This document shows, piece after piece, positions 44,637-56,140 of a stretch of 64,000 nt of DNA. The translations under genes and the position numbers were made by a program. The stretch's first letter is position 1. The number at the start of each line of letters is the position of its first letter. The notes beneath the pieces were generated by a model. That model did not search any database. It was not told the DNA's origin and worked only from the letters and a program-made list of their open reading frames with translations. Origin of the DNA: Epithemia pelagica (lineage: Eukaryota > Protista > Bacillariophyta); NCBI GenBank assembly GCA_946965045.2, contig OX337239.1, forward strand, positions 806,001-870,000, read 5' to 3'.

Positions 44637-46250
44637 ATGTTTCGATTGTCTTCTCACAAAACAGGCACCCCGTCGCACCTGACCAACAGCAAGAAGCACG
44701 CCAAGAGCTCGATTTCACCACGCACCACCAACAAAACAACAAGAACAAGAGCAACAACAACAACCACAACTGCTGCTACCACTGGTACCCTCACCAAGAA
44801 CCAGAACAAAATCATGTCCAAGGCACAATGTGGAATGGTTCCATCCTCCACACCACCACGTCCAACCAAACGAAGCATGGCACCTCATTCTCCCGTCACG
44901 ACCTGGTCTTGTTCGTCTTCTTCGTCGTCCTTCTCCAAGGCCAAGGCATCCGTACCACTACCATCCCCTGCATCATTAGCCAAACAATTGGACTTGCAAC
45001 CCGGTGATGAACAGGCCTTGTATGGGTTGTACCAACAAGCCACGTGTGGCAATGCTCCCTCCACCCCTGGTGCCGTCACAACCACAACAACCAGAAGAAC
45101 CAAACCACAACAACAACAACATCGACGACGACCGTTTTGGTGGAGGGGCACTGCCTCCAACAACAAGAACAACAACAAGACGAAGGACCAACCACAGGGT
45201 CGTGGCGTGACGCGACTGGATTCCTGGAAACAGGTATCCGAGACGATTCCCGAAGCTGAATTGGGACAAGCCTTGCATCACATGAAACAAGCCTTGGCCA
45301 TTGTTCATCAAGCGGCCCATTCCAACCAGAACAACCAGAAAGAGCACCAACATTCCAATCAATCGACTACCAACACGAAACTGTCAAGCAAGCCTTCCAC
45401 GTCTAATGTTTCACGAACCGCAGCTACTTCGGCAACGACCCCCACAACTGTTTCTCGTGGATTGACCTCCATGTGGTGTAAACGGAAAACCACCCCAAAA
45501 CCGTTGGGTAGTGGTGATGGTGATGACGAGGAGACCGAGGCCGTGGTTGTTTCACCTGTACCCTCCAGTGAAGAATCCGAAGAAGAAGAACAGCAAGAAG
45601 AAGCACAAGAAGAAAATGGCGATACACCGGTCGTAGCAGCGTCGAGCCCCGCACCCAGTAACTTGCTCCAGGCTGTCCAAAGCAATCAAGTGGATGTGGT
45701 CCGAGACATGTTGTTGTTGCAACACTCTTCCACAATGACAACGACTGCCACCCTGGACGACAGTCCCACCACCACGTTGCTCCATGTGGCGGTGGATTTG
45801 GGCTTGTACGACATGGTCGTCTTGCTCCTGTCGCAGCATGACAAGGATAACGACAAGCAAAAGCTGTTGCATGCCACGGATGCCGATGGAATTGGTCCCT
45901 TGCAAGCGGCCGTCATTCAAGGCCATGTCGAGATTTGTCGTCTCTTGTTGCATCATGGGGCCAATCCCGATCAAGAGGATTGGGATGGCGATTCTCCACG
46001 GCTGTGTGCCGTGGACGATGACAATCCAGAACTCGTGGCCTTGTTTCAAGACGATGACGACGACGAAGACGAAGACGACGAAACGACACAACTGCAAGAG
46101 GACGAAGAAGAGGACGATTCCATTCTGTCCTGGAGAACCAAAGAAGAAGAAGAGGACGACACGGGGACACGTGCCACTGTCGTATCCCTGGAGGAGGGTC
46201 AATGCATGGTGGATTTTGTTCCATCGTCGTTTCGGGAGGACTCAGTATGA
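44637..46250 (+). CDS. Acyl-CoA-binding domain + ankyrin-repeat protein (start uncertain, possibly 44814)
   Basis: ALYGLYQQATCG and SWK (ACBP motifs). Ankyrin repeats TLLHVAV..G..DMVVLLL and GPLQAAVIQGHVEICRLLLHHGANPD. Confidence 0.8.
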   Translation: MFRLSSHKTGTPSHLTNSKKHAKSSISPRTTNKTTRTRATTTTTTAATTGTLTKNQNKIMSKAQCGMVPSSTPPRPTKRSMAPHSPVTTWSCSSSSSSFSKAKASVPLPSPASLAKQLDLQPGDEQALYGLYQQATCGNAPSTPGAVTTTTTRRTKPQQQQHRRRPFWWRGTASNNKNNNKTKDQPQGRGVTRLDSWKQVSETIPEAELGQALHHMKQALAIVHQAAHSNQNNQKEHQHSNQSTTNTKLSSKPSTSNVSRTAATSATTPTTVSRGLTSMWCKRKTTPKPLGSGDGDDEETEAVVVSPVPSSEESEEEEQQEEAQEENGDTPVVAASSPAPSNLLQAVQSNQVDVVRDMLLLQHSSTMTTTATLDDSPTTTLLHVAVDLGLYDMVVLLLSQHDKDNDKQKLLHATDADGIGPLQAAVIQGHVEICRLLLHHGANPDQEDWDGDSPRLCAVDDDNPELVALFQDDDDDEDEDDETTQLQEDEEEDDSILSWRTKEEEEDDTGTRATVVSLEEGQCMVDFVPSSFREDSV

Positions 46251-47003
46251 TATGAAACCTTGAGACACACTTTCCAAACGGGACACAGACACACAAGCAT
46301 AGAACAGTCCGATGTGCTTTTGGATGAGTTGCGTCATTCAGACTGCCTCTATTGGGTCCGTCTCCACATGGGGTGGTGATGGTTCTTGTCGTTGGAACCA
46401 CAACGCCTCGAGAGATTTAGACCGGACCACACACACAAGAAAAACCTCCCAACACTCACTCCCTGTGGCGCATCGTTTCTTTCCTCGGTGTCCGAAACGA
46501 CAGGGACTTGTGGACCAACAACGACCGAGATGAAAAGCAAGAGAGCAAAAATCCCCTCTATCTAGCTAGGAATTGGGGATGTGCCTGTCGCGTCTGTCGC
46601 TCTATGGAGATACCGCAACACACGCGGTCCATCTCTGTGACTGTACTAGTAGGAGTACCAATTCGATAGATTGACAGTCTCGTTTTGTTTCTCACCTACT
46701 ACTAGAGAGATTGGCAATGACCCACCAACTCGGCTGGAGAATCGTCGATACAAATACAGGTGTAGAACAGGAGTGGAGGTCTGCTGGCGGAGTACTCATA
46801 CTCATAGAAATAGAAATTGGATAACCACATAGCCAGGGTAGCCTTTTGTTCGACGGCCAGACGCCGAAGCTGCACCCTCTTTCTCTCTGTGTTGTTTGTC
46901 TCGTCGTCGGTGGATCTGTATCTATCTCTGTTGTTGTCCTCCAGGAGAGACCCGAGTGGTGGAGAACGAGGACTGATTCTCGCTATTTCTTCTTGCCACT
47001 ATT

Positions 47004-49088
47004 ATGAATTACAACAATGGTCGTGGACGAGGGATTAGCAATACTCCGGCATGGATGAACAACCATCCAGGAGGACCACCTGGTGGTGGTGGTGGTCCTC
47101 GTCGAGGTGGTGGTGGTGGGAACAACTACAACCACAACGATCCGGGTCCACCTCGAGGACCGTATGGCAATCGACGAGGCGGTGGTGGTCCTCCTCGTCC
47201 AAATGACGATTGGAGAAGAGGAGGAGAGGGAGACTATCCTCCCTTTCGAGGCGGAGGTGGTTTCCGGGGTGGTGGTCGTCGACGGGGTGGTGGTCCACCG
47301 CCGCCGCATCCTCCGAATGCCCACCGTCGTCCCTCGTACGGCGATGATCGTCCTCCTCCGCTTCCACCCAAACCAGGCATGGTCACCTTTCGATCGTTGG
47401 AAGAAGAACGAGAATGGGTCGAAGATCGTCGTCGCAAACGATTGGCTCGTCCCTCCAAATTTGATATTTTGCCCACCGAGACTACCACGGGTGGTGGTAC
47501 CGCAATTCCTTCGGCCGCAGCCGCCCAAGCAGCAGCGACCGCGGCCGCAGCCGCCTTGGCCGCCACCTTGCCACCCACCCCCACGGCGGCGCACGACGGT
47601 GTTGGTGGTCCTTCCTCGTCCATAATGTCGCAACAAACACGTCATGCCCGTCGGTTGTATGTGGGCAATTTGCCCATTGGACGGACCATTCCCGAAGACT
47701 TGATGCATACGGAATTTCTCAAGGCCTTGGAACGGGCCTGGATGCCCGATGCCAATCCGACCGTATCGGTTCCACCCTCCTTGGCCGTCCAGGGGACGGT
47801 CCACGATCCCATTGTGTCGGTCTACATGAATCACGAACGTCGCTTTTGCTTTGTCGAATTCCAAACCATGGAATGGGCCACGGCCTGTATGCAATTGGAT
47901 GGTCTGCCCTTTTGTGGCGTCCCGCTCAAAATCAAACGACCCAATGAATACCATCCCTCCGCCGGCAGTGACACTAGCAATAATTTGCCTCAATTGGATG
48001 TCAGTCGGTTGGGGATTATTAGTAGCAATGTCTTGGATGGACCCAACAAGATTTTTATCGGCGGTTTGCATTATCACTTGACGGAAGCGCAAGTATTGGA
48101 ATTGATTCAAGCCTTTGGACCCATCAAGGCCTTTCATTTGGTCAAGGGAGTTGTGGGCGGCGATGGCGGGGCATCCTCGGCCAATGACCCGGGAGGAATG
48201 ATGCAATCCAAGGGCTATTGCTTTGCCGAATATGCCAATCCACAAGTCACGCTGACGGCCATTCAAGGATTGAATGGCATGGAAATTGGAGGCGGTCGGA
48301 CCTTGACGGCTCGATTGGCGGGTGAACGGGGCAGTATCGGTGGCGCGCCTCGAGTGACGGCTCCACCCCCACCCCCACCACCGCCCGTGGTCGTCGGAGC
48401 GCCGCCACCCGATCGCAACATTGTCGGTGGGTATGATATTGAAGCCTTGGTCGATGCGGCCATGGGAAAGGCCGTCATGCCCACGGCACCCGTCTATCGA
48501 GATGCCATGGGACAACCCCTCACTCGGATTGTTGTCATGAATTTACCACCCATGTTATCCGCCGCCCTAGGAGGAGGAGGAGCCGTGCCGCCAGCACCAC
48601 CACACGCATCCATGGTGGGGGCCTTGCCGCCACCACCAACACCCACCGGAATGCCAGTGGCGACACCTCCCGCCGCCAATCCGACCAACGAAGTTCCTCC
48701 ACCAACCGCAGCGTCGGTGCCAGGCTCCTCACCAGAAGCAAGTACCACGGTGGTTCCTCCCAGTCGTGTCTTGGTCTTGCACAATATGGTACAACCCCAA
48801 GATTTGGAATCCGGCACAGAATACGAATCCTTGGTGGAAGAAGTGCGGGACGAATGTACCAATTATGGAAAGTTGGAGCGCCTGGAAATTCCCCGAGCCG
48901 TCCAGCAGGACACGGGACGTCGCGAAACGATTTTGCCCAGTGCCGTGGGCAAAATTTATTTGCACTATGCCACCCTCAACCAAGCCTTGAGAGCCAAGGG
49001 AGAATTGCAGGGACGCCAATTTGGATCGGCCGTCGTACAAGTCACCTTTTATCCCGAAGATGACTTTCTACAATCCTATTTCCAGTAA
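47004..49088 (+). CDS. U2AF2: Splicing factor U2AF large subunit (U2AF65-like)
   Basis: RHARRLYVGNLP (RRM1), KIFIGGLHYHLTEAQVLELIQAFGPIKAFHLVK (RRM2), SRVLVLHNMV..VEEVRDECTNYG (UHM) and ULM-like RKRLARPSKFD. Confidence 0.9.
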   Translation: MNYNNGRGRGISNTPAWMNNHPGGPPGGGGGPRRGGGGGNNYNHNDPGPPRGPYGNRRGGGGPPRPNDDWRRGGEGDYPPFRGGGGFRGGGRRRGGGPPPPHPPNAHRRPSYGDDRPPPLPPKPGMVTFRSLEEEREWVEDRRRKRLARPSKFDILPTETTTGGGTAIPSAAAAQAAATAAAAALAATLPPTPTAAHDGVGGPSSSIMSQQTRHARRLYVGNLPIGRTIPEDLMHTEFLKALERAWMPDANPTVSVPPSLAVQGTVHDPIVSVYMNHERRFCFVEFQTMEWATACMQLDGLPFCGVPLKIKRPNEYHPSAGSDTSNNLPQLDVSRLGIISSNVLDGPNKIFIGGLHYHLTEAQVLELIQAFGPIKAFHLVKGVVGGDGGASSANDPGGMMQSKGYCFAEYANPQVTLTAIQGLNGMEIGGGRTLTARLAGERGSIGGAPRVTAPPPPPPPPVVVGAPPPDRNIVGGYDIEALVDAAMGKAVMPTAPVYRDAMGQPLTRIVVMNLPPMLSAALGGGGAVPPAPPHASMVGALPPPPTPTGMPVATPPAANPTNEVPPPTAASVPGSSPEASTTVVPPSRVLVLHNMVQPQDLESGTEYESLVEEVRDECTNYGKLERLEIPRAVQQDTGRRETILPSAVGKIYLHYATLNQALRAKGELQGRQFGSAVVQVTFYPEDDFLQSYFQ

Positions 49089-50637
49089 ATTGCCGAATCG
49101 ATCAAGAACAAGAGAGCGAGCGCGAGAGCCAAACACACACTGACACTGTGGACGCAATCACACACGGGGTTCCACTCACAGTTCTCCCGTGTTGTTTCTT
49201 CTTCTTGTGTCTCTTTTGATTCCGTCTCTCTCAACCTAAACACATCTTTTTCCCGTCTGTTTCTCTCGTTTTCATGATCCCTTCTCTCTCACATACATTC
49301 TAAAAGAGATTTCTCTCTCTTTGTTGTTTGGGTGGGGACGTTACACACACACACACAGTTGCTAGTAAAATGATTTGTAACCCCTTTCGTTTGTTTGTTT
49401 TCTCTCTCTCTTGTTGTGGTTGTTGTTGCACCTTTTTGCGAGGCTCATTTGTATCCATACAGCTCCCCCCAAAGGACGACTTGTGTGTATTCTACCTATA
49501 ACAACTCTACGATGCATCGCCAAGGGAGCACGCAATGGGAGAGAGTCTCCTGTGGACTCCACTACTGGACTGGCCAGAATGGTGCTTCCTGGGGGTTTCT
49601 TATCATTTGTTTGTTACCTTTTCATGATTGTCCCTCTGACTTGTAACGCCGTATTCCTGATCCTCTCTTGTGTTGCCGTCTCTTTTTGCCGTTTTTTGTT
49701 GTCTTTTGACTCTCTCTCTCTCCACTGCTTTGCCCCACGGTCTCCGGGCTCAATACTTGTTTGTCTTTTGGTCTCTGAACTCTATACACCTTTATTGGAT
49801 TCGCTCTCAATCTGTTTGTGTTCCTTCTTGTTTTTGTCGTCGTCGTCGTCGTCGTCGACACGCTCGTTTCAGAATCCCGGTCCATTCTTGGGGGTCCCCT
49901 CCTCTCCAATAAGAATCCTAGGACATGCGTGTTGGCATGTTCCTTGTGGTGAGCAGGAACAACCACCAAAACACACACAAGACTCTTGCCCAAGAACACA
50001 GATTGGCATGTGTGTGTATGTGCGTTGCGACCAACGAGACAATCAACCATGGATGGACGAACGACGGCATGTTCCGACACACGGACGACAACAACCATGC
50101 ACCATCACATTTTCATTTGTTCCTACTGGCTTTAGAAACAACCCCAATGCGCGTATGGCCAAAGAGTTGCAAACACACACACACAACACTAACGTAGAAA
50201 TGGTCATGTTCGACATTCCTCTCTCTCTACGAAACAGTGGTAACAAGGTAACGTGTGATCTACTAGTCGTGAAGTGGAATGAAGGAATGACTGTTGGGGT
50301 GGTGCGTGTATAGAAAAAAGTGAAAATGGGTGGGTTTCTTCGACCCGAATGCCAAGTGTGTGAATGCGCGTCGTGAGTAATTTTGAGGTCTCCGTCGTGA
50401 ACCACAAAGTGTCATAAGTGTGAGTGCGTTGGAATCTTGCCCCCAACACACTCTCTTGTTTCAAGTTCGAGTGCCAATAATAGTGTTTGTCTTGCCTGTT
50501 CGAGTATTCCGTGTCTTGAGAGAGAGCAGCTGCCAGTGTCGAATGTGTCCTGTCGTATCGTCGTCGTCGTGAGGGTATATCTTGTGTGTATCATATCGTT
50601 TGTATAGGTCGTCATGGTCGTCGTAGCTCACGTCTAA

Positions 50638-51621
50638 TTATCCTTCAAAATACCCATTGCGGACATTGTAGGACTTGAAGGCATCTTGCATAAAGTGTCG
50701 GCCTTCGTGGAAGAGGGAGAGACTGATAATGGCCTTGACAATGCCAATGCCTTGTCCTCGCAAAATCCCGCGCAATCCAAAGGCATGCATATCGACAAAC
50801 ATTTCCTTGACGGCTTCCGTGACGGTATAGGACTTGCCTTGAATGGAGTTGGTTTGCATAATGACTTCGAGACGACTGAGCGGATTCGTCACCACAACAT
50901 AAATGGGCGAAACGACGGCCGAAGCGACCAAACCCGTCGCCGATCGACCCAAGGACGTCTTGTCGCCCAATTCGCGTTGAATGTACTTTTGCAAACGGGG
51001 TTGACCGACGAGACCCAAGACGGCCGAGGCCAAGGAATGGCCCATGAGGGGAATGGTGCCGCGAAAGAGGGGCACAAAGCGTTGGGCGGCCGATTCCTTG
51101 ACAATCTCCCAAATGGGCTTGACGGCACCCGTTTGCTTAAAGTAGGCGCGCTGTTGCTTTTCAATCATGCGAATGGGATTGATAAAGGGGGCCGACAAAA
51201 TCGAAGCGGCCGTGGCGGCGGCAAAGCCGGGATTTTCGCCTTCGCCCAAGAAGAAGGAAAAGCCCAACAAAATGCCAAACTTTGGAATGCGCTTAAAGCC
51301 GACACCGACCAATCGAGGTCCCACACCGGACAGCGAGGCCGAGACGGGATGCGCGCGAAAGACGGCTTGGGCTTCTTGAGTGGCAATCTTGGGGTCGACG
51401 GGTTTTCCGGCGGCATCCTTGGCGTATTGTTGCACCAATTGACGATAGGCCGTAATGGGATTGTCCACAATCGTTTGAAAGGCGGAACCACCCAAATAGG
51501 CCGTCAAGGCTTGTGCTTGCGACAAACCAGACTTTTTGACCACAAAAAAGTCATCGGGGACACCCGGAATCTTGATGGACGACGTCGTCGTCGAAGGAGT
51601 CAGCGAGGAAGAAGAGGACAT
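50638..51621 (-). CDS. Divergent mitochondrial carrier (SLC25-like)
   Basis: 327 aa with three ~100-aa repeats, each a hydrophobic helix followed by a Pro motif (NPITAYRQ, NPIRMIEK, NPLSRLEV) and G..RG/PR motifs. Confidence 0.65.
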   Translation of the reverse strand: MSSSSSLTPSTTTSSIKIPGVPDDFFVVKKSGLSQAQALTAYLGGSAFQTIVDNPITAYRQLVQQYAKDAAGKPVDPKIATQEAQAVFRAHPVSASLSGVGPRLVGVGFKRIPKFGILLGFSFFLGEGENPGFAAATAASILSAPFINPIRMIEKQQRAYFKQTGAVKPIWEIVKESAAQRFVPLFRGTIPLMGHSLASAVLGLVGQPRLQKYIQRELGDKTSLGRSATGLVASAVVSPIYVVVTNPLSRLEVIMQTNSIQGKSYTVTEAVKEMFVDMHAFGLRGILRGQGIGIVKAIISLSLFHEGRHFMQDAFKSYNVRNGYFEG

Positions 51622-52693
51622 GATTCAATCCAAGACAACAATCAACAACAAGAAAAAGAACCAAGGGACTGGAGCAATCAAGCAATCAAACGTATCGTTC
51701 CAACCAAACCGAGAGACAGAGGAAAGGATGTGTATGGGCCAATCACGTCGAAATGAACCAAACCAATCCAGAAATGACCAACGACGAAAACGCCAAACAA
51801 GAATGTGAGTAGAAAGTATCACTGTCCCAACGACAATAGACGACGCTTGATTTCTCTTGACACACTTGGTTGATTGGAACTGTCAATGACCAACCACCGA
51901 TTGCATTCGATACTTCATTACACACAAGAACACAAAACGTACCACGATAGAATATAGAATACAGTAGACCACACTACTAAGTACTAGGACGAAACAGAGA
52001 AAAACAAAAAGAGACGACGACGACGACAAGAGTGCGATCAATATACGGGAAGCGTGATTTGGTGGTTTCATGACGCGTCTTGGCACCCTGTCATTTGTCA
52101 CGATCGGTGGTCTCGTCTTGTCGGCCAGCGTGCTGGACGACCAAAGACATTCTCTTTCTCTATTAGGGCCCAATGCCAGCAGATGGTCACGCCATTTCAC
52201 TATGGAGTCAAGTGTACTCGCACCGGGCCACCTAAAGTCCAGCACGCCAGCAAGCACAGCGTGCGGTTCGGCCCGAATCCTCTCCCTCCAAAATCCGAGG
52301 ACGTGGTCTCATTCGTATCGGCGACCACGAGGACGTGGTGCAACCGTCGACCCACGTGGGATTTGCTGGCAATCGTACATCATGTCGTGCGAAACCCCAA
52401 TCCATGTTCCAGATACAATGAGTCTACCTCTATTGTAATCCCGAGGAGGCCTATTCGAGTTTGGAGTCTGCTTCCTTACCGTATGGGGTTCGCTCATAGA
52501 AGTAGGTCGTTATTGCTCAGACTTTTGACACGAGGAATTACTACTACTACTTAATGGATTCAAGTGAGATATCTCAATGAATACTAGGTAGGTAGTTTGT
52601 AGCAAACCCATGCAGAGCAAACGACAAATGTTGGAGAGCAAAGAATAATCATTCTATATAGTTTCGCCATTGTAGGACATATATGCAACCGTG

Positions 52694-55600
52694 TTTCTAG
52701 ACACTTGCCACAAGAATCCTTGGTATGTGCGACGACAGTATCCAGAAAAGGGACAAGAATTCGTGGTGCTTGTGTCCACTCCGTTGGGCAGCTGCGGCTC
52801 ACGAAAGAGTGGACAGAAAACACCACGTATTCTGGTCCATCAAAGGGTAGTGTCGTTGCACCGCACACTCAAAGGATTCGGATATCACTCGTTTTTCCCG
52901 ACACTTGCCACAAGAATCCTTGGTGTGCGCGACGACAGTATCCAGAAACTGGACAAAAATACGTGGTGTTTGTGTCCACTCCGTTGGGCAGCTGCAGCTC
53001 ACGAAAGAGTGGACAGAAAACACCACGTATTCTGGTCCATCAAAGGGTAGTGTCGTTGCACCGCACACTCAAAGGATTCGGATATCACTCGTTTTTCTAG
53101 ACACTTGCCTCAAGAATCCTTGGTGTGCGCGACGACAGTATCCCGATACTGGACAAGAATGCGTGGTGCTTGTGTCCACTCCGTCGGGCAGCTGCGGCTC
53201 ACGAAAGAGTGGACAGAAAACACCACGGATTCTGGTCCATCAAAGGGTAGTGTCGTTGCACAGCACACACAAAGGATTCGGATATCACTCGTTTTTCCCG
53301 ACACTTGCCACAAGAATCCTTGGTGTGCGCGACGACAGTATCCAGAAACTGGACAAGAATACGTGGTGTTTGTGTCCACTCCGTTGGGCAGCTGCGGCTC
53401 ACGAAAGAGTGGACAGAAAAACACCACGGATTCTGGTCCATGAGAAATGGGAGTGTCGTTGCACAGCAGATTCGGATATCACTCTTGTTCCAGCCCATTG
53501 CCACAAGAATCCTTGGTATGTGCGACGACAGGATCCAGAAAAGGGACAAGAATTCGTGGTGCTTGTGTCCACTCCGTTGGGCCGCTGCGGCTCACGAAAG
53601 AGTGGACAGAAAACACCACGCATTCTGGTCCATCAAAGGGTAGTGTCGTGGCACAGCAGATTCGGATATCACTCGTTTTCCTAGACACTTGCCACAAGAA
53701 TCCTTGGTATGTGCGACGACTGTATCCAGAAAAGGGACAAGCATACGTGGTGTTTGTGTCCACTCCGTTGGGCGGCTGCGGCTCACGAAAGAGTGGACAG
53801 AAAACACCACGGATTCTGGTCCATCAAAGGGGAGTGTCGTGGCACAGCACACTCAATGGAATCGGATATCACTCGTTTTTCTAGACACTTGCCACAAGAA
53901 TCCTGGGTATGTGCGACGACAGTATCCAGAAACTGGACAAGAATACGTGGTGTTTGTGTCCACTCCGTTGGGCGGCTGCGGCTCACGAAAGAGTGGACAG
54001 AAAACACCACGGATTCTGGTCCATCAAAGGGTAGTGTCGTGGCACAGCAGATTCGGATATCACTCATTTTTCTAGACACTTGCCACAAGAATCCTTGATG
54101 CGTGCGACGACAGTATCCAGAAACTGGACAAGAATACGTGGTGTTTGTGTCCACTTCGTTGGGCATCTGCGGCTCACGAAAGAGTGGACCGAAAACACCA
54201 CGGATTCTGGTCCATGAGAAATAGGGTAGCGTCGTGGCACAGCACACACAATGGATTCGGATATCACTCTTGTTCCAGCCATCAAAGGGTAGTGTCGTTG
54301 CACAGCAGTTTCGGATGCCACTCGCTTTCCAGACACTTGCCACAAGAATCCTGGGTGTGTGTGCGACAAGAGTATCCAGAAAAGGGACAAGAATTCATGG
54401 TGCTTGTGTCCACTCCGTTGGGCGTCTGCGGCTCACGAAAGAGTGGACAGAAAAACACCACGGATTCTGGTCCATGAGAAATGGGGTAGTGTCGTTGCAC
54501 AGCAGATTCGGATATCACTCTTGTTCCAGACCCTTGCCACAAGAATCCTTGGTGTGTGCGACAACAGCATCCAGAACATGGACAAGAATACGTGGTGCTT
54601 GTTTCCACTCCGTTGGGCGGCTGCGGGGACCGAAAAACACCACGGATTCTGGTCCATCAAAGGGTAGTGTCGTTCCACAGCACACTCAAAGGGTTCGGAG
54701 CTCACTCGTTTTTCCCGACACTTGGCACAAATTCCTTGGTGTGTGCGACGACAGTATCCAGAAAGGGACAAGAATTCGTGGTGCTTGTGTCCACTCCGTT
54801 GGGCGGCTGCAGCTCACGAAAGAGTGGACAGAAAACACCACGGATTCTGGTCCATGAGAAATGGGGTAGTGTCGTTGCACAGCAGATTCGGATATCACTC
54901 TTGGTCAGCCCCTTCCCACAAGAATCCTTGGTGGGTGCGACAAGAGTATCCAGAAACTGGACAACAATTCGTGGTGCTTGTGTCCACTCCGTTGGGCTGC
55001 TGCGGCTCACGAAAGAATGGACAGAAAACACCACGGATTCTGGTCCATGAGAAATGGGGTAGTGTCGTTGCACAGCAGATTCGGATATCACTCGTTTTTC
55101 CAGACACTTGCCACAAGAATCCTTGGTATGTGGGACGACAATATCCAGAAAAGGGACAAGAATGCGTGGTGCTTGTGTCCACTCCGTTGGGCAGCTGCGG
55201 CTCACGAAAGCGTGGACAGAAAACACCACGGATTCTGGTCCATCAAAGGGTAGTGTCGTGGCACAGCAGATTCGGATGCCACTCGTTTTCCTAGACACTT
55301 GCCACAAGAATCCTTGGTATGTGCGACGACAGTATCCAGAAACTGGACAAGAATTCGTGGTGCTTGTGTCCACTCCGTTGGGCAGCTGCGGCTCACGAAA
55401 GAGTGGACAGAAAAACACCACGGATTCTGGTCCATCAAAGGGTAGTGTCGTTGCACAGCACACTCAAAGGATTCGGGTATCACTCGTTTTTCCAGACCCT
55501 TGCCACAAGAATCCTGGGTATGTGCGACGATAGTATCCAGAAAAGGGACAAGAATACGTGGTGTTTGTGTCCACTCCGTTGGGCAGCTGCGGCTCACGAA

Positions 55601-56068
55601 AGAGTGGACAGAAAACACCACGGATTCTGGTCCATCAAAAGGGTAGTGTCGTGGCACCGCAAACACCAAGGATTCGGATATCACTCGTTTTTCCCGACAC
55701 TTGCCACAAGAATCCTGGGTGTGTGCGACAACAGCATCCAGAAAATGGACAAGAATACGTGGTGCTTGTGTCCACTCCGTTGGGCAGCTGCGGCTCACGA
55801 AAGAGTGGACAGAAAACACCACGGATTCTGGTCCATCAAAAGGGTAGTGTCGTTGCACAGCACACACCAAGGGTTCGAGTATCACTCGTTTTTCCAGACC
55901 CTTGCCACAAGAATCCTTGGTGTGTGCGACGACAGTATCCAGAAAATGGACAAGAATACGTGGTGTTTGTGTCCACTCCGTTGGGCGGCTGCGGCTCACG
56001 AAAGAGTGGACAGAAAACACCACGGATTCTGGTCCATCAAAGGGTAGTGTCGTGGCACAGCACACAAG
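52694..56068. repeat. Tandem satellite, 17 copies of a ~190-201-bp quasi-palindromic (foldback) monomer
   Basis: Unit starts at ~52701, 52901, 53101, 53301, 53494, 53685, 53885, 54076, 54333, 54530, 54718, 54909, 55104, 55295, 55496, 55697 and 55898. No unique spacers. Confidence 0.95.
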
Positions 56069-56109
56069 GGGTTCTTCTTCTGTATCCTTGCCGCAATTCC
56101 TCCCGAGTG

Positions 56110-56140
<31 letters not shown>

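Noticed and set aside
46983-48515. Long antisense or alternative-frame ORFs over host genes (also 39574-40893, 38341-39441, 57429-58718, 50686-51756, 60361-61755)
   Set aside because: These are shadow frames of GC-balanced coding sequence with no recognisable motifs, and the opposite frame has a clear protein family or a longer ORF.
49411-50313. 300-aa hydrophobic ORF
   Set aside because: It derives from CT/GT-rich low-complexity intergenic or UTR sequence between convergent genes and has no domain signature.
52694-56068. CRISPR array, or protein-coding repeat ORFs (many 100-340-aa ORFs on both strands)
   Set aside because: There are no unique spacers and no cas genes, and whole monomers repeat. 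The ORFs shift frame at monomer indels and are repeat artefacts.
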